From: an uncultured Verrucomicrobiae bacterium
GTDB taxonomy: Bacteria; Verrucomicrobiota; Verrucomicrobiia; Limisphaerales; Palsa-1400
Length of the DNA: 64,000 nucleotides
Reading direction: 5' to 3'
Assembly (NCBI GenBank): GCA_963707025.1
Contig: CAVPOM010000014.1
Coordinates: 160,001 to 224,000 of the forward strand
In this document: positions 31,102 to 41,179 of the stretch, piece by piece
How positions within the stretch are numbered: position 1 is the stretch's first letter
How the letters are laid out: each line of letters starts with the position of its first letter
Translations under genes and position numbers: made by a program
Notes under the pieces: model-generated
Told to the model about the DNA's origin: nothing
Databases searched by the model: none
Seen by the model: only the letters and a program-made list of their open reading frames with translations

Positions 31102-31807
31102 GCAATCCCTTTTTCGCGGCCAATTCAAGCCACCTGAAGCCTTCCGCCTCATCCCGCGGCACGCCCTCGCCCTGCTGATAACATTTGCCCAGGTGGTAAG
31201 CCGCCTCCCGCACCTCCTGCTCGGCCGCCTTGCGAAACCAACCGGTCGCCTCCTCCTGATTCTGAGGAGTGCCTTCGCCGTTGAGCAGGCAGCAAGCCAG
31301 ACTGACTTGCCCGGTCGCGTCCCCGTGTTCCGCCGCCCGGCGAAACCAGGCCGCCGCCTCTTCCGGGCTGGCCCAAACGCCCAGCCCCTTTTTCAGGCAG
31401 ATGCCCAGGCTGACCTGGGCGCTGGTGTGCTCCTGCTCCGCCGCCAACCGGAACCATTTCACCGCTTCCTCCAGGTCCTGCGCCAATCCCTGCCCGTTGG
31501 CGTAACAAATGCCCAGGCTATAACGGGCATTGGTGTCCCCGTTTTGCGCCGCCTCGCGGAACCAGTGCGCCGCCTCCCCATAATCCGGTTCAATGTTCCT
31601 TCCCTCCGAGTAACAGACCGCCAGTTGGTATTGCGCCCGCACATCGCCATGCCGCGCCGCCACCAGCATCATGGCGTGTTCCCCTTTGAGAACGGGCGCC
31701 GCCTTCGCCGCCTTGGCTTGCGCCGCGCGCCGGCCCGAAACCAACTTTCTGAGGCCATAAACCGCGCCCCAGAACCACATCCAAATGAACTGGACTACTC
31801 TTCTCAT
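30914..31807 (-). CDS. Sel1-like repeat (SLR/TPR) protein
   Basis: About six repeats of the type AQY.LG.CY..G.G..QD.EEA.KWFR.AAEQ. Confidence 0.95.
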   Translation of the reverse strand: MRRVVQFIWMWFWGAVYGLRKLVSGRRAAQAKAAKAAPVLKGEHAMMLVAARHGDVRAQYQLAVCYSEGRNIEPDYGEAAHWFREAAQNGDTNARYSLGICYANGQGLAQDLEEAVKWFRLAAEQEHTSAQVSLGICLKKGLGVWASPEEAAAWFRRAAEHGDATGQVSLACCLLNGEGTPQNQEEATGWFRKAAEQEVREAAYHLGKCYQQGEGVPRDEAEGFRWLELAAKKGLPQGQYELAVCYRRGRGTAVNLAEALKWSRLASGHAFQPALEQAGDLEKEMAAAGVAEQLPAA

Positions 31808-32038
31808 AATTTACAACAAACACTTTCCGTGCTGGCTTAAAAACTCGGTTGAAAGACAACACCTCCAAAACCGCGACATCTCGCCTTAACTTCGTTCATT
31901 TCCCCGGATTTTCAAGTATTTCATTTCTGCGTAATCTGGTTGACGGCCCCGCCATTCAGACGCACCTTGTAACCTGCCGGTCATTGGGCCGGTCTATTGC
32001 AAGCAGTACAAGTCGGATCAGGAAGAAAGTTCATCTAC

Positions 32039-33142
32039 ATGACAGACACGAATACCGGCCCGGAAGTGGACGCCGATGTCCAGGCAGTTGATCAACTGCA
32101 TCAGAAATACCTGCAAATCACCCAACGCATGGAGGGGGTCATCGTTGGCCAGGAAGAGGTCATCGAACAACTCCTGGTCGCCCTGCTCTGCCGCGGCCAT
32201 TGCATCCTTGAAGGGGTTCCCGGCCTGGCCAAGACCCTCATGGTTTCCACGCTGGCTTCCCTCCTCAACCAGACGTTCCGCCGCATCCAGTTCACCCCCG
32301 ATTTGATGCCCGCCGACATCACCGGCACCGACATCCTGGAGGAAGACCGCACCACCGGCAAGCGCGTCTTCCGCTTCGTCCAAGGCCCCCTGTTTGGCAA
32401 CATGATCCTGGCCGACGAAATCAACCGCACTCCCCCAAAAACGCAAAGCGCCCTCTTGGAAGCCACCCAGGAACGCCAATTGACCGTCGGCGGCCAAACC
32501 TATCCCCTGCCCAACCCGTTTTTGGTGCTCGCCACCCAAAACCCCATTGAACAGGAGGGCACCTACCCCTTGCCCGAAGCCCAACTGGACCGGTTCATGC
32601 TCAAAATCCTGGTCGAATATCCCTCGCGCGAACAGGAAATCACCATCACCAAACGCGGCTCCACCGCCTATCATTATGAAACCGGCCATGTCCTGACTAT
32701 CGAGGAAATTCTCACCATGCAGGATTTGGTGCGGCGCCTGCCGGTGGGGGATCATGTCTATGCCTTTGCCGTGGACCTGGTTCGCCGCAGCCGTCCCAGC
32801 CGGCCTTCCAACGGCGATTTCATCAACCAGATGGTGACTTGGGGCGCCGGCCCCAGGGCTTGCATCTTCCTGGTCCTGGCCGCCAAGGCCCGCGCCATCC
32901 TGCAGGGCCGCTATCATGCCACCACCGAAGATATTGCCGCCATGGCCCTGCCCGTCTTGCGCCACCGCCTCATTCCCTCCTTCCATGCGGAAGCGGCCGG
33001 ACAGAATTCCGATTACATCGTCGGCCAATTGATCGCCGACGCCACCGGACAGCGCCCCGACCCGCCTGCCGTGTCTGCGAGAATGCGCGTCCCCGCCCCG
33101 CCCCGCATCCAGGACGCCTTGTCCAAACTCCAGAAGGGCTGA
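32039..33142 (+). CDS. MoxR family AAA+ ATPase
   Basis: LEGVPGLAKT (Walker A), RIQFTPDLMPADITG, LADEINR (Walker B), ATQNPIEQEGTYPLPEAQLDRF. Confidence 0.97.
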   Translation: MTDTNTGPEVDADVQAVDQLHQKYLQITQRMEGVIVGQEEVIEQLLVALLCRGHCILEGVPGLAKTLMVSTLASLLNQTFRRIQFTPDLMPADITGTDILEEDRTTGKRVFRFVQGPLFGNMILADEINRTPPKTQSALLEATQERQLTVGGQTYPLPNPFLVLATQNPIEQEGTYPLPEAQLDRFMLKILVEYPSREQEITITKRGSTAYHYETGHVLTIEEILTMQDLVRRLPVGDHVYAFAVDLVRRSRPSRPSNGDFINQMVTWGAGPRACIFLVLAAKARAILQGRYHATTEDIAAMALPVLRHRLIPSFHAEAAGQNSDYIVGQLIADATGQRPDPPAVSARMRVPAPPRIQDALSKLQKG

Positions 33143-33184
33143 GCCGGGGCCAAGCCAGATGCGACCCCCCTTTTGCAGCCGCGC

Positions 33185-34086
33185 ATGAATCCGGTTGGCC
33201 CCATCATTGATCCCGACGACCTGGCCAAGACCGCCCATCTGGAATTGCTCTCCAAATTGATGGTGGATGGTTTGCTGGCCGGCCGGCACCGCTCCAAAAT
33301 GAAGGGCGGCTGCGCCGAGTTCGCCGAACACCGCGCTTACAGTCCGGGCGATGAAATCCGTTTGCTGGACTGGCGCGTTTTCGCCAAAAGCGACCGTTAC
33401 GTCATCAAACAGTACCGAGGAGGAGATCAGCCTGCAGGCCATCATCGCCATGGACGCCAGCGGTTCCATGGGCTTTGGCATGAGCACCGTCACCAAATAT
33501 CAATACGCCCAGGCCGCCTCCCTCTGCCTGGCCCGCATCGTGCTGGGACAGCGGGATTCCGCCGGCCTGGCGGTCATGGGCGGCGGCCTGCGCGCCTTCA
33601 TTCCGCCCCGGGCCCGGGCCAGCCATCTGGAGGTCCTGAGCCAAAGCTTGCGCGACAGCTCTCCGGTCGGCCCCACCTCCATGGCCGAGGACTTGGGGGA
33701 AATCGTCCAGCGCATCAAGCGCCGCGGCATCGTCCTGCTTTTCTCCGATTGTTTCGACCAGGTGGACCGCCTGGCCAGGGCGCTCCAGCTCCTGCGCTCG
33801 CGCCGCCACGAGGTTCTCCTCTTCCACGTCATGGCCCCGGAAGAACTTTCCTTCTCCTTCACCCGCTTCACCCGCTTCGAGCCGATGGAGTCGGGCATGG
33901 GCCACCTGGATCTCGGATCCCGGAGCCGTCCGGGCCCATTACCTGGCCCGCCTCAAAGCCTTCCTGGCCCAAGTCCGCCGCGTCTGCGCGGAGTGTTCCT
34001 GCGACTACATCCCCATGTCCACCGACCGGCCCGTCGGCGATGCCCTGGCCGATTACCTGCGGCGCAGAAGCGCCTCGGCCAAATAG
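33185..34086 (+). CDS. DUF58 domain (vWA-like) protein; two apparent +1 frameshifts at ~33415 and ~33915
   Basis: GRHRS..KGGCAEFAEHRAYSPGDEIRLLDWRVFAKSDR; DASGSM; LFSDCF; third frame ends ...ALADYLRRRSASAK-stop at 34086. Confidence 0.88.
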
Positions 34087-34089
34087 CAC

Positions 34090-36327
34090 ATGCAGTTCCT
34101 CTCACAAGCTTTTCTCTGGGCTTTGCCGCTGATGGCCCTGCCGGTCCTCATCCATTTTTTCAGCCGCAAACAGCGCGACATCGTCCGCTGGGCCGCCATG
34201 GAATTCCTCCTCGCCAGCAACGCCCCGCGCCGCCGCTTCCTCAAATTGAAAGACCTTTTGCTCTTGTTGCTCCGCATCCTCATTGTCCTGCTCATCGTGG
34301 CCGCTCTGGCCCGGCCCATCGTTTCCATCGGCCTGCTCGGCTCCTCCGGTCCGCGCGACCTGGTTCTGGTGCTGGACAATTCCATGTCCACCGCCCGCAA
34401 GCTCGGCTCGGGCGCCGTCTTTGACCAGGAATTGGACCAGGCCGCCGGACTCATCCGCCAGCTCAACGCCGGCAACTTGGTCCGCGTCCTGCTCGCTTCG
34501 CCCTCTCCGCTATGGTTGACAGATTCGCCCCGGCCGGCCGACGCCGCCAGCCAGGAGGCCTTGATCTCCCGCCTGCGCCAGTTGGCCCCCAACCCGGGCG
34601 CCGCCGACATCCCCAAGGCCCTTCAGACCGCCATCAAGGCGGAACCCGCCGGCAAGGAAGCCGCCCGTTTCATTGCCGTCATCACCGATGGCCAGGCCAA
34701 TAGCTGGCGGGCCGAGGCCTCCGCGGAATGGGCCTCCATTTTTGCCCTCTCCCAGCGGGCCCGTCCCCCGGTCATGCTGCGCGCCGTTCTGGCCGGGGGC
34801 GACGCCGGCCCGGTCTTCAATCTGGCCGTTGAGAAATTGGCCGCCGCCCGCGCCGTCGCCGCCGTCGGCCAGCCGGTCGCTTTGACCGCCACTGTCAAGA
34901 ATACGGGTACCCTGAAAAGCGAGGCCGTTCCACTGGCCTGGACCGCCGGCGGACAATCCCTTGGCCTGAGCACCGTGCCGGCGCTGGATCCGGGCGCCGA
35001 AACCACCGTCACCTTGAGCCAGCCCTTTGCCAATCCGGGCCTGGTGGATATTTCCTGCCAGCTCACCGGCCATGACGATTTAAGCCTGGACGATTCCGCC
35101 CGCTTTCTCCTCAGCGTCACCGAGTCGGCCCCCATCCTGGTGGTCGAAGGCGAATCGCATTTCAATCCCCTCCAATCCGACAGCGCCTACTTTCTCTCCG
35201 CGCTGGGCTGGCAGGCCAGCGGCGCCACCACCACTAAGTCCGCCTCCCTCGCCTCGATCTTTCGCCCCAAGCTCATCAATTATCAAAAACTCGACGGCGA
35301 AACCCTCGCCTCCTATCACTGTGTCGTCCTGGCCAACGTCCCGCGCCTCTCGGACGACACCGTGCAAAAACTCGCCCGCTTCGTCAATTCCGGCGGCGGC
35401 CTCTGGATTGCGCTGGGCGACCAGACCGAAATCGCCGCCTTCAACAAGGAATTCTTCGCCTCGGGCGCCGGCCTTTCCCCGGTTTCTCTCAAACAGCCGG
35501 TCGGCGACGCCATGGACCGGGAGAAGTTCACCGCCGTCTCGCCCCCATCCGCTGAACATCCCGCCACCGTCCTGCTGGCCGACACTCATCGCCTGGATAT
35601 TGACCGCCTCCGCATTTTCCGCCGCCACCAACTTGACACCGGCAACGACCAATCCATTTCCGTCCTGCTGCGGGCCGAGGGCGGCTCCGCCCTGGTGGTC
35701 GAAAAGACCTTTGGCCGCGGCCGCGTCATCATCCAGGCCGTCCCCCTCAACGTCTCCTGGAGCAATTTGCCCTTGTGCCAGTCCTTCGTCGTCATGGTCC
35801 ACGAGTGGCTCTGGTACTTGACCGAATCGGCCATGGTCCGCCGCAACCTCCTGGCCGGCGAGCCTTTGCAAGTCTCCGTCGCCCCGGACGCCGGCAACGG
35901 CGGCGCCACCGTTGACACCCCGGGCAGCGGCCTGGCCCAACTGGTCGGACGCGAAGAACAGGGGCGCATGATCTTCCGTTATGGCAAAACGCTCTTCCCG
36001 GGCGAATATCACCTGAAAATTTCCGGCGGCGCCCTGCCCCCCGAGGAATTCCAGGTCAACCGCGATCCCCTGGAATCCGATTTCACGCCCCTGACCGCCA
36101 CACAAATCGCCGCCCTGCGCGATGCCGGCGGAGTGGGTTTTGGGCCGGAGCCGCTGGCGCAAACCCGCCAGGAGCGCGTGGCCGCACCGCCCAGGGCGCT
36201 GGCGGCCTGGCTGCTCTCCGGCCTGCTCGCCTTCATGGTCCTGGAGGCTGCTTATGCTTTCTGGCTCGACCGCCAGCGCCGCGCCTCCGGCCCTGGCGTC
36301 CCCATGGCCCCGGCCTTCCACGTCTGA
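34090..36327 (+). CDS. BatA-domain / vWA / CARDB-like / GATase-like membrane protein
   Basis: LPVLIHFF...WAAMEFL...LLLRILIVLLIVAALARP (BatA); LDNSMS, ITDGQ; VKNTG; FVNSGGGL; C-terminal TM helix. Confidence 0.9.
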   Translation: MQFLSQAFLWALPLMALPVLIHFFSRKQRDIVRWAAMEFLLASNAPRRRFLKLKDLLLLLLRILIVLLIVAALARPIVSIGLLGSSGPRDLVLVLDNSMSTARKLGSGAVFDQELDQAAGLIRQLNAGNLVRVLLASPSPLWLTDSPRPADAASQEALISRLRQLAPNPGAADIPKALQTAIKAEPAGKEAARFIAVITDGQANSWRAEASAEWASIFALSQRARPPVMLRAVLAGGDAGPVFNLAVEKLAAARAVAAVGQPVALTATVKNTGTLKSEAVPLAWTAGGQSLGLSTVPALDPGAETTVTLSQPFANPGLVDISCQLTGHDDLSLDDSARFLLSVTESAPILVVEGESHFNPLQSDSAYFLSALGWQASGATTTKSASLASIFRPKLINYQKLDGETLASYHCVVLANVPRLSDDTVQKLARFVNSGGGLWIALGDQTEIAAFNKEFFASGAGLSPVSLKQPVGDAMDREKFTAVSPPSAEHPATVLLADTHRLDIDRLRIFRRHQLDTGNDQSISVLLRAEGGSALVVEKTFGRGRVIIQAVPLNVSWSNLPLCQSFVVMVHEWLWYLTESAMVRRNLLAGEPLQVSVAPDAGNGGATVDTPGSGLAQLVGREEQGRMIFRYGKTLFPGEYHLKISGGALPPEEFQVNRDPLESDFTPLTATQIAALRDAGGVGFGPEPLAQTRQERVAAPPRALAAWLLSGLLAFMVLEAAYAFWLDRQRRASGPGVPMAPAFHV

Positions 36328-36340
36328 CCTGATGCCGCCT

Positions 36341-36382
36341 AATCCTATTCTTAATCTTAATCCTAATCTTAATCCTAATCCC
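36341..36382 (+). repeat. Seven tandem hexamers AATC(C/T)T flanked by a 16-bp direct repeat
   Basis: aatcct attctt aatctt aatcct aatctt aatcct aatccc; TCTGA(C/T)CTGATGCCGC at 36323-36338 and 36405-36420. Confidence 0.9.
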
Positions 36383-36413
36383 ACAATTCCCCCATCCTCC
36401 CACCTCTGATCTG

Positions 36414-39179
36414 ATGCCGCACTCCGAGACCATCCAAAAATTTGCGCTGCAAGGGCCTTTCTCCGTCCCCCAATTGGTCGGGCTGGGCCTGGCCCTGGCC
36501 GCCATCCTGGCCTGGCTGGCTTGGCGTTGGGCCAGGGATTCGGGGTCCTGGAAAAAATCGGCCTTTCTTCTTCTCCTCCGCCTGGGCGCCCTGGCCGTGG
36601 CTCTCTGGATGCTGGCCGGCGCCTCCACCGTCACCCTCCGCCGCGATACCAGGGCCAAGTCCCTCGTTTTTATGGTTGACTCCAGCGCCAGCATGGGACT
36701 GGTGGATCCGGTGGACGGCTCGGGCGAAACGGTGCGTTGGACCGGCACGGAAACCAAACTCCGCGCCACTCCTCCGGTCGCGGCCCTGGACGAAGTGATC
36801 GGCACCCTCCAATCCGCCCGCTCGGACGCGGCCCGTTTGCGCGTGTTGACCGAAGGCGGCGACCCCGCGCAGCGCGGCCAAATCCTCTGGGAGCAAATCC
36901 ACCGCTCGGTGGATTCCGCCGCCGCCAGCCTTGGCCCGCTGGTCTCCCCGGTGACCCGCGCCGACCCCGAGGCGGGCGCGGAACTGGACCGCGTCGCCGC
37001 CTTTCTCAAGGACAACGCCAGCCCGATGGGTTCCTGGAAAGACTCCGGCGCCAAATCGCCCGCCGACCGCCTGGACGAAACCGCCGCCTTCATCACCGCC
37101 GCCATCCAGCGCATCGAGCGCCAGTCGCACAAGCTGGCCGCCGCCTACGAAAGAGATGCCGCCGGCCAGGACAAAACCGGCTTGGCCCTGGAATCCAAAA
37201 TGTCCAGAAACGACAAGGTGGCCGGCTGGCTGGACGCCGCGGAAAATTCCTGGCTCAAGCAGGTCGCCGATCATGCCAGCATCGAGCGCTACACCTTTGC
37301 TTCCGATGTCCTGGCCCTGGCCAGCAACGATTGGCGCCAGGTCCTGCGCACCAACAACAACCCCGCCGCCAATTCCACCGACCTGGCCGCCGCCCTTAAC
37401 TTCGTGGCCCAGCAAACCGCCAAACAATCCATTGACGCCGTCGTCCTGATTACCGACGGCGGCCACAACGCCCCCGCTGATCCCCGCCAAGGCGCCGCCG
37501 CCCTGCATGATGTTCCTCTCTACATCGTCCCCATCGGCGCCGTCGAAATGCCCCGCGATGCCATCCTCCATCACGTCCACGCCCCGCGCGCTGTTTTCAA
37601 AAACGACACCGCCCTGATTGATGCCATGGTCACCGCCTACTCCTGCGAGGGCGAACAATTGCAGGTCGAGTTGTTGAACAACGGCGTCCTCGTGGAAAAA
37701 CATATTATTAACGTCACCAGCCGCATGTACGATGGCCGCGTCAGTTTCCAATGGAAAGGCGTCACCCCCGGACGCCACGCCCTGCTCGTCAGGATCCTCC
37801 CCGTCCCCAGGGAACTGACCCTCGACAACAACCAGGTCCAGGTCGAAGTGGAAGTCATGGAAGACGTCATCAAAGTGCTCGTGGCCGACGACCTGCCCCG
37901 CTGGGAGTTCCGCTACGTCGTCAACCTCTTCAAGCGCGACAAGCACGTCGCTTTCGAGCAACTGCTCTTCGAGCCCAACGACGATGCCCAATCCCTGGCC
38001 GCCCACCTCACCCCTTCCTTTCCCCGCGACCTGGCCGGATGGAGAAAATACCGCGTCGTCATTCTCGGCAACGTCAGTCCCGGCCAGTTATCGCCCGCCC
38101 AACAGGAAATGCTCCGGCAATATGTGGCCGAGGAAGGCGGCAACCTCATCGTCATCGCCGGCCAAACCGCCATGCCCGCCGCCTTTGTGGACCAGCCGCT
38201 GGGCGCCATGATCCCGGCCACCGCCTCCAGCGAACCGGGCAACCCCACCCGGCCCTTCAGCCTGGTCGTCACCGCCGAAGGCAGCAGCTCGGTGCCCACC
38301 CAACTGGACGATGATCCCCTGGCCAGCGAGCGCATCTGGCGCGAGATGAGCGCCAAGTTGCCCATCTACAACCTCTCTTCCATCTCCAAACCCAAGCCCA
38401 CCGCCCATGTGCTCATCGCCGCCACCACACCCCGCCTCAGCGGCGGGGACGAAGCCTTCCTTTCCTGGCAATACGTCGGCCTGGGGCGCGTCATTTATCT
38501 GGCCGCCCCCGTCACCTGGCAGCTCCGCTACCAGAATGGCGACCTCTATCATCATCGTTTCTGGGGCCAGCTCCTGCGCTGGGCGATTGCCCGCGAAATG
38601 AGCACCGGCTCCAAAACCGTTCGCCTCCTCACCGACAAAACTACTTACACCAAAGGCGACACCGCCCAGATCGGTCTGCGTCTGGCCCAAGTGGACGGCC
38701 AGGCCGTGGCCGGCGCCCAATGCAACGTCGAAGCCCGTCAGGACGGCCGCCTGCTCGCCCTCATTCCCCTGCATGAGGAACCCGGTTCCCCAGGCGCTTA
38801 CCGTGGAACCCTGGACAACCTTTCCCTGGGGCCCATCACCCTCCGCGCCGGCGGCAACATCGTGGCCACCTTGCTGGCGGCGGAAGGCCACTCCGGCCCG
38901 GTCGAGCAAATCGTCGCCGTGGACCCGGCCGTCTCCTCGGAAATGAACAATCCCCTCTGCAACCTGCCTCTGTTGGGCGAGATTGCCGACGCCAGCGGCG
39001 GTTCCCTGACTCCGCCCGCCTCCCTGAAAAATGCCCTGGCCCGCCTCAACACCGTCCCGGATGTCAAGGACAACGTTCTCAGCGTCGAGGCCCTCTGGGA
39101 CCACTGGATTTACCTCTGGCTTTTCATCGCCTTCGTCGCCGCCGAATGGCTCATCCGCAAATACTGGCGCATGGTTTGA
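36414..39179 (+). CDS. vWA + GATase-like domain membrane protein
   Basis: N-terminal TM helices, VDSSASM, LITDGGHN, PRWEFRY, GGNLIVIAG, GLGRV...HHRFWGQL, EWLIRK C-terminus. Confidence 0.88.
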   Translation: MPHSETIQKFALQGPFSVPQLVGLGLALAAILAWLAWRWARDSGSWKKSAFLLLLRLGALAVALWMLAGASTVTLRRDTRAKSLVFMVDSSASMGLVDPVDGSGETVRWTGTETKLRATPPVAALDEVIGTLQSARSDAARLRVLTEGGDPAQRGQILWEQIHRSVDSAAASLGPLVSPVTRADPEAGAELDRVAAFLKDNASPMGSWKDSGAKSPADRLDETAAFITAAIQRIERQSHKLAAAYERDAAGQDKTGLALESKMSRNDKVAGWLDAAENSWLKQVADHASIERYTFASDVLALASNDWRQVLRTNNNPAANSTDLAAALNFVAQQTAKQSIDAVVLITDGGHNAPADPRQGAAALHDVPLYIVPIGAVEMPRDAILHHVHAPRAVFKNDTALIDAMVTAYSCEGEQLQVELLNNGVLVEKHIINVTSRMYDGRVSFQWKGVTPGRHALLVRILPVPRELTLDNNQVQVEVEVMEDVIKVLVADDLPRWEFRYVVNLFKRDKHVAFEQLLFEPNDDAQSLAAHLTPSFPRDLAGWRKYRVVILGNVSPGQLSPAQQEMLRQYVAEEGGNLIVIAGQTAMPAAFVDQPLGAMIPATASSEPGNPTRPFSLVVTAEGSSSVPTQLDDDPLASERIWREMSAKLPIYNLSSISKPKPTAHVLIAATTPRLSGGDEAFLSWQYVGLGRVIYLAAPVTWQLRYQNGDLYHHRFWGQLLRWAIAREMSTGSKTVRLLTDKTTYTKGDTAQIGLRLAQVDGQAVAGAQCNVEARQDGRLLALIPLHEEPGSPGAYRGTLDNLSLGPITLRAGGNIVATLLAAEGHSGPVEQIVAVDPAVSSEMNNPLCNLPLLGEIADASGGSLTPPASLKNALARLNTVPDVKDNVLSVEALWDHWIYLWLFIAFVAAEWLIRKYWRMV

Positions 39180-39234
39180 AGAACTGGCTGCATGCTGCCA
39201 CGAGCGATCCGGCATGACTTTACTTTATCAGAAC

Positions 39235-39437
39235 GGGATAAAAGCATTCAGCCCAGGGTTGCGAGAAACGACCTACACTGGGTGCAACGAACCACAGATC
39301 CTAATCCCACAGGGATAAAATCATCCAGCCCAGGGTTGCGAGAAACGACCTACACTGGGTGCAACGAACCATAAATTCTTATCCCAAAGGGATAAAATCA
39401 TCCAGCCCAGGGTTGCGCGGAACGCGCTACCCTGGGT
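39235..39437 (+). repeat. Three tandem 77-bp REP-like palindromic units
   Basis: GGGATAAAA.CAT.CAGCCCAGGGTTGCG...CTAC.CTGGGT starting at 39235, 39312 and 39389. Confidence 0.92.
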
Positions 39438-39505
39438 GGGCGAATAACCAATCTATCAACCTTGAAAAGGTTGAATCAAATGCCGGATTCCACCACCATC
39501 CCGTC

Positions 39506-39961
39506 ATGCCGCAATCACTCGCAAAAATTCTGGTGCATTCCATTTTCTCGACAAAAGACCGCCGTCCATTCCTCCGCGACAAGACCCTGCGCGAGGAACT
39601 GCACCGCTATCTTGGCGGCATCCTGACGAATTACGACTGCCAACCGATCATTATCGGTGGCGTTGCGGACCATGTCCACACGCTCTCGACGCTCTCGCGC
39701 ACCTGTGAAGCGGCGGAAATGATCAAGGAGGTCAAGCGCGGCTCCTCTCTCTGGTTAAAAACCAAAGCGCCGGATTTACATGATTTCGCGTGGCAAAACG
39801 GCTATGGCATTTTCTCCATTGGCTTTTCAGAGGTGGAGACGGTGCGAAATTACATCGCCAAACAAGAGGAACATCATCGTAAAGTTTCCTTTCAGGATGA
39901 GTTGCGTGAATTTCTCAAACACTACGAAGTCCAATTCGACGAACGATATGTTTGGGATTGA
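39506..39961 (+). CDS. tnpA: IS200/IS605-family HUH (Y1) transposase, REP-associated
   Basis: MPQSL...HSIFSTKDR, DHVH (HUH), K..SS.W, WQNGYGIFS, YIAKQEEHH (catalytic Tyr). Confidence 0.93.
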   Translation: MPQSLAKILVHSIFSTKDRRPFLRDKTLREELHRYLGGILTNYDCQPIIIGGVADHVHTLSTLSRTCEAAEMIKEVKRGSSLWLKTKAPDLHDFAWQNGYGIFSIGFSEVETVRNYIAKQEEHHRKVSFQDELREFLKHYEVQFDERYVWD

Positions 39962-39999
39962 TCCGACCCTTTCAGGGTGGATGAGTTCTTTGGGCGTTG

Positions 40000-40058
40000 A
40001 CCCAAGGTAGCTCGTGCCTCGCAACCTTGGGCTGGATGATTGAAATCCCGTTGGGATT
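40000..40058 (-). repeat. Inverted fourth REP-like unit downstream of tnpA
   Basis: Reverse complement ATCCCAACGGGATTTCAATCATCCAGCCCAAGGTTGCGAGGCACGAGCTACCTTGGGT. Confidence 0.9.
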
Positions 40059-40094
40059 TTCCAATCAGCATGGCATTGCGTCCATCACTCCCTC

Positions 40095-40862
40095 CTACGC
40101 CGCTGCCCGCCCATTTTTCCGCAACCCCCGCCGCGCCAGCAGCACCATGGTTAAGACCAAAGCCACGTTCACCGCCAACGTCCCGGTCAAATAGCCTTCG
40201 TTTCCCATCACGGAGAATCCTCCAAATCCGCGGTTAACTTCGGGCAAAAGCAACCCAGCAAGTCCAAGCACAACCAAATCCAGCGAGGTGCGAATCGGCC
40301 GCTCAAAACTTCTGACGAACCCGCCGAAGCCTTTCCACTTGCTCTCGGCCAATCGTGCAACCAGAATAACCAACAACAACTCCATCACCATCCAGGGATG
40401 CGCAACGTAAGCAACGTAAGTCGTCGGATAATACGGCGCGCGATCGGCATTTCCCAAAAAAATCAAATGCCTCAGAGGGTGTGCGAAGCCGCCTCCACCC
40501 GCCATCAACCGCTGAAGGCATCCCTGGGCCAAATCGAGAATCACCAAACTCAGCGAATAGCCGACCTGAAGCACGTATATGCCTGCCACAATCCAAAATG
40601 AAACCATTGGCAACGACCCAGCCGCCGCCGTCTTCACTTTGGCATATTCCTGTTCCAGCGCGCACCGCTCCCCAATCCGCCGCGTGGCGATTTGAAACGC
40701 CTCCTCCTCCGAAAGCCCGCCCGCCTTCAACCTCTGCACAGAGGCCCGCAAATGCGACGCCAATTCCTCCAGATTGTCCGCGCCAATAGCCGGCGACGCC
40801 CCAAGCTTCTCCTGCCAGCGGCGAATCGCTTCGTTTAAGTCAAATGGGGTTGGATTTTCCAT
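40095..40862 (-). CDS. Permease-prefix-domain membrane protein (PadR partner)
   Basis: FDLNEAIRRW...EELASHL...GLSEEEAFQIATRRIG followed by TM helices; start MENPTP at 40862 overlaps padR. Confidence 0.8.
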   Translation of the reverse strand: MENPTPFDLNEAIRRWQEKLGASPAIGADNLEELASHLRASVQRLKAGGLSEEEAFQIATRRIGERCALEQEYAKVKTAAAGSLPMVSFWIVAGIYVLQVGYSLSLVILDLAQGCLQRLMAGGGGFAHPLRHLIFLGNADRAPYYPTTYVAYVAHPWMVMELLLVILVARLAESKWKGFGGFVRSFERPIRTSLDLVVLGLAGLLLPEVNRGFGGFSVMGNEGYLTGTLAVNVALVLTMVLLARRGLRKNGRAAA

Positions 40863-41173
40863 AATTTTGTGAGTAAAGTGTGAACGGCCATCCATTGTTC
40901 CTTTTCCGTGTGCAGCGCCTTTTGGCCCTTTTGGCGCAGCCGGTAATACTTCCGCCGATGCCCGCTTTCCGCCTCCCGCCATTCCGATTCGATCAAATCC
41001 TCTTTCTCCATCCAGTGCAGCACCGGGTATAGCATCCCCTCGCTCCAACGCACCTCGCCCCCGGACATTTCGTTGACCCGCTGGATCAGCGCGTAACCGT
41101 AATTCTCCCCCTCGCTCAAGATCGAAAGCACCAATGTCGTGGTGGACGCGGCAACCAGTTCTTTTGAAAGCAT
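40835..41173 (-). CDS. PadR family transcriptional regulator
   Basis: LSILSEGENYGY, EGMLYPVLH, RRKYYRL. Confidence 0.95.
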   Translation of the reverse strand: MLSKELVAASTTTLVLSILSEGENYGYALIQRVNEMSGGEVRWSEGMLYPVLHWMEKEDLIESEWREAESGHRRKYYRLRQKGQKALHTEKEQWMAVHTLLTKLWKIQPHLT

Positions 41174-41179
41174 GAGCCC

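Noticed and set aside
33405..33920. Programmed frameshifting or phase variation in DUF58
   Set aside because: No slippery heptamer or long homopolymer; similar indels are scattered across unrelated genes
36341..36382. True telomeric repeat or contamination
   Set aside because: Units are TTAGGA/TTAAGA rather than TTAGGG and are embedded seamlessly in a bacterial operon
39235..39437. CRISPR array
   Set aside because: Units are 77 bp and mostly identical, the variable part is only ~20 nt, an inverted copy flanks tnpA, and no cas genes are present
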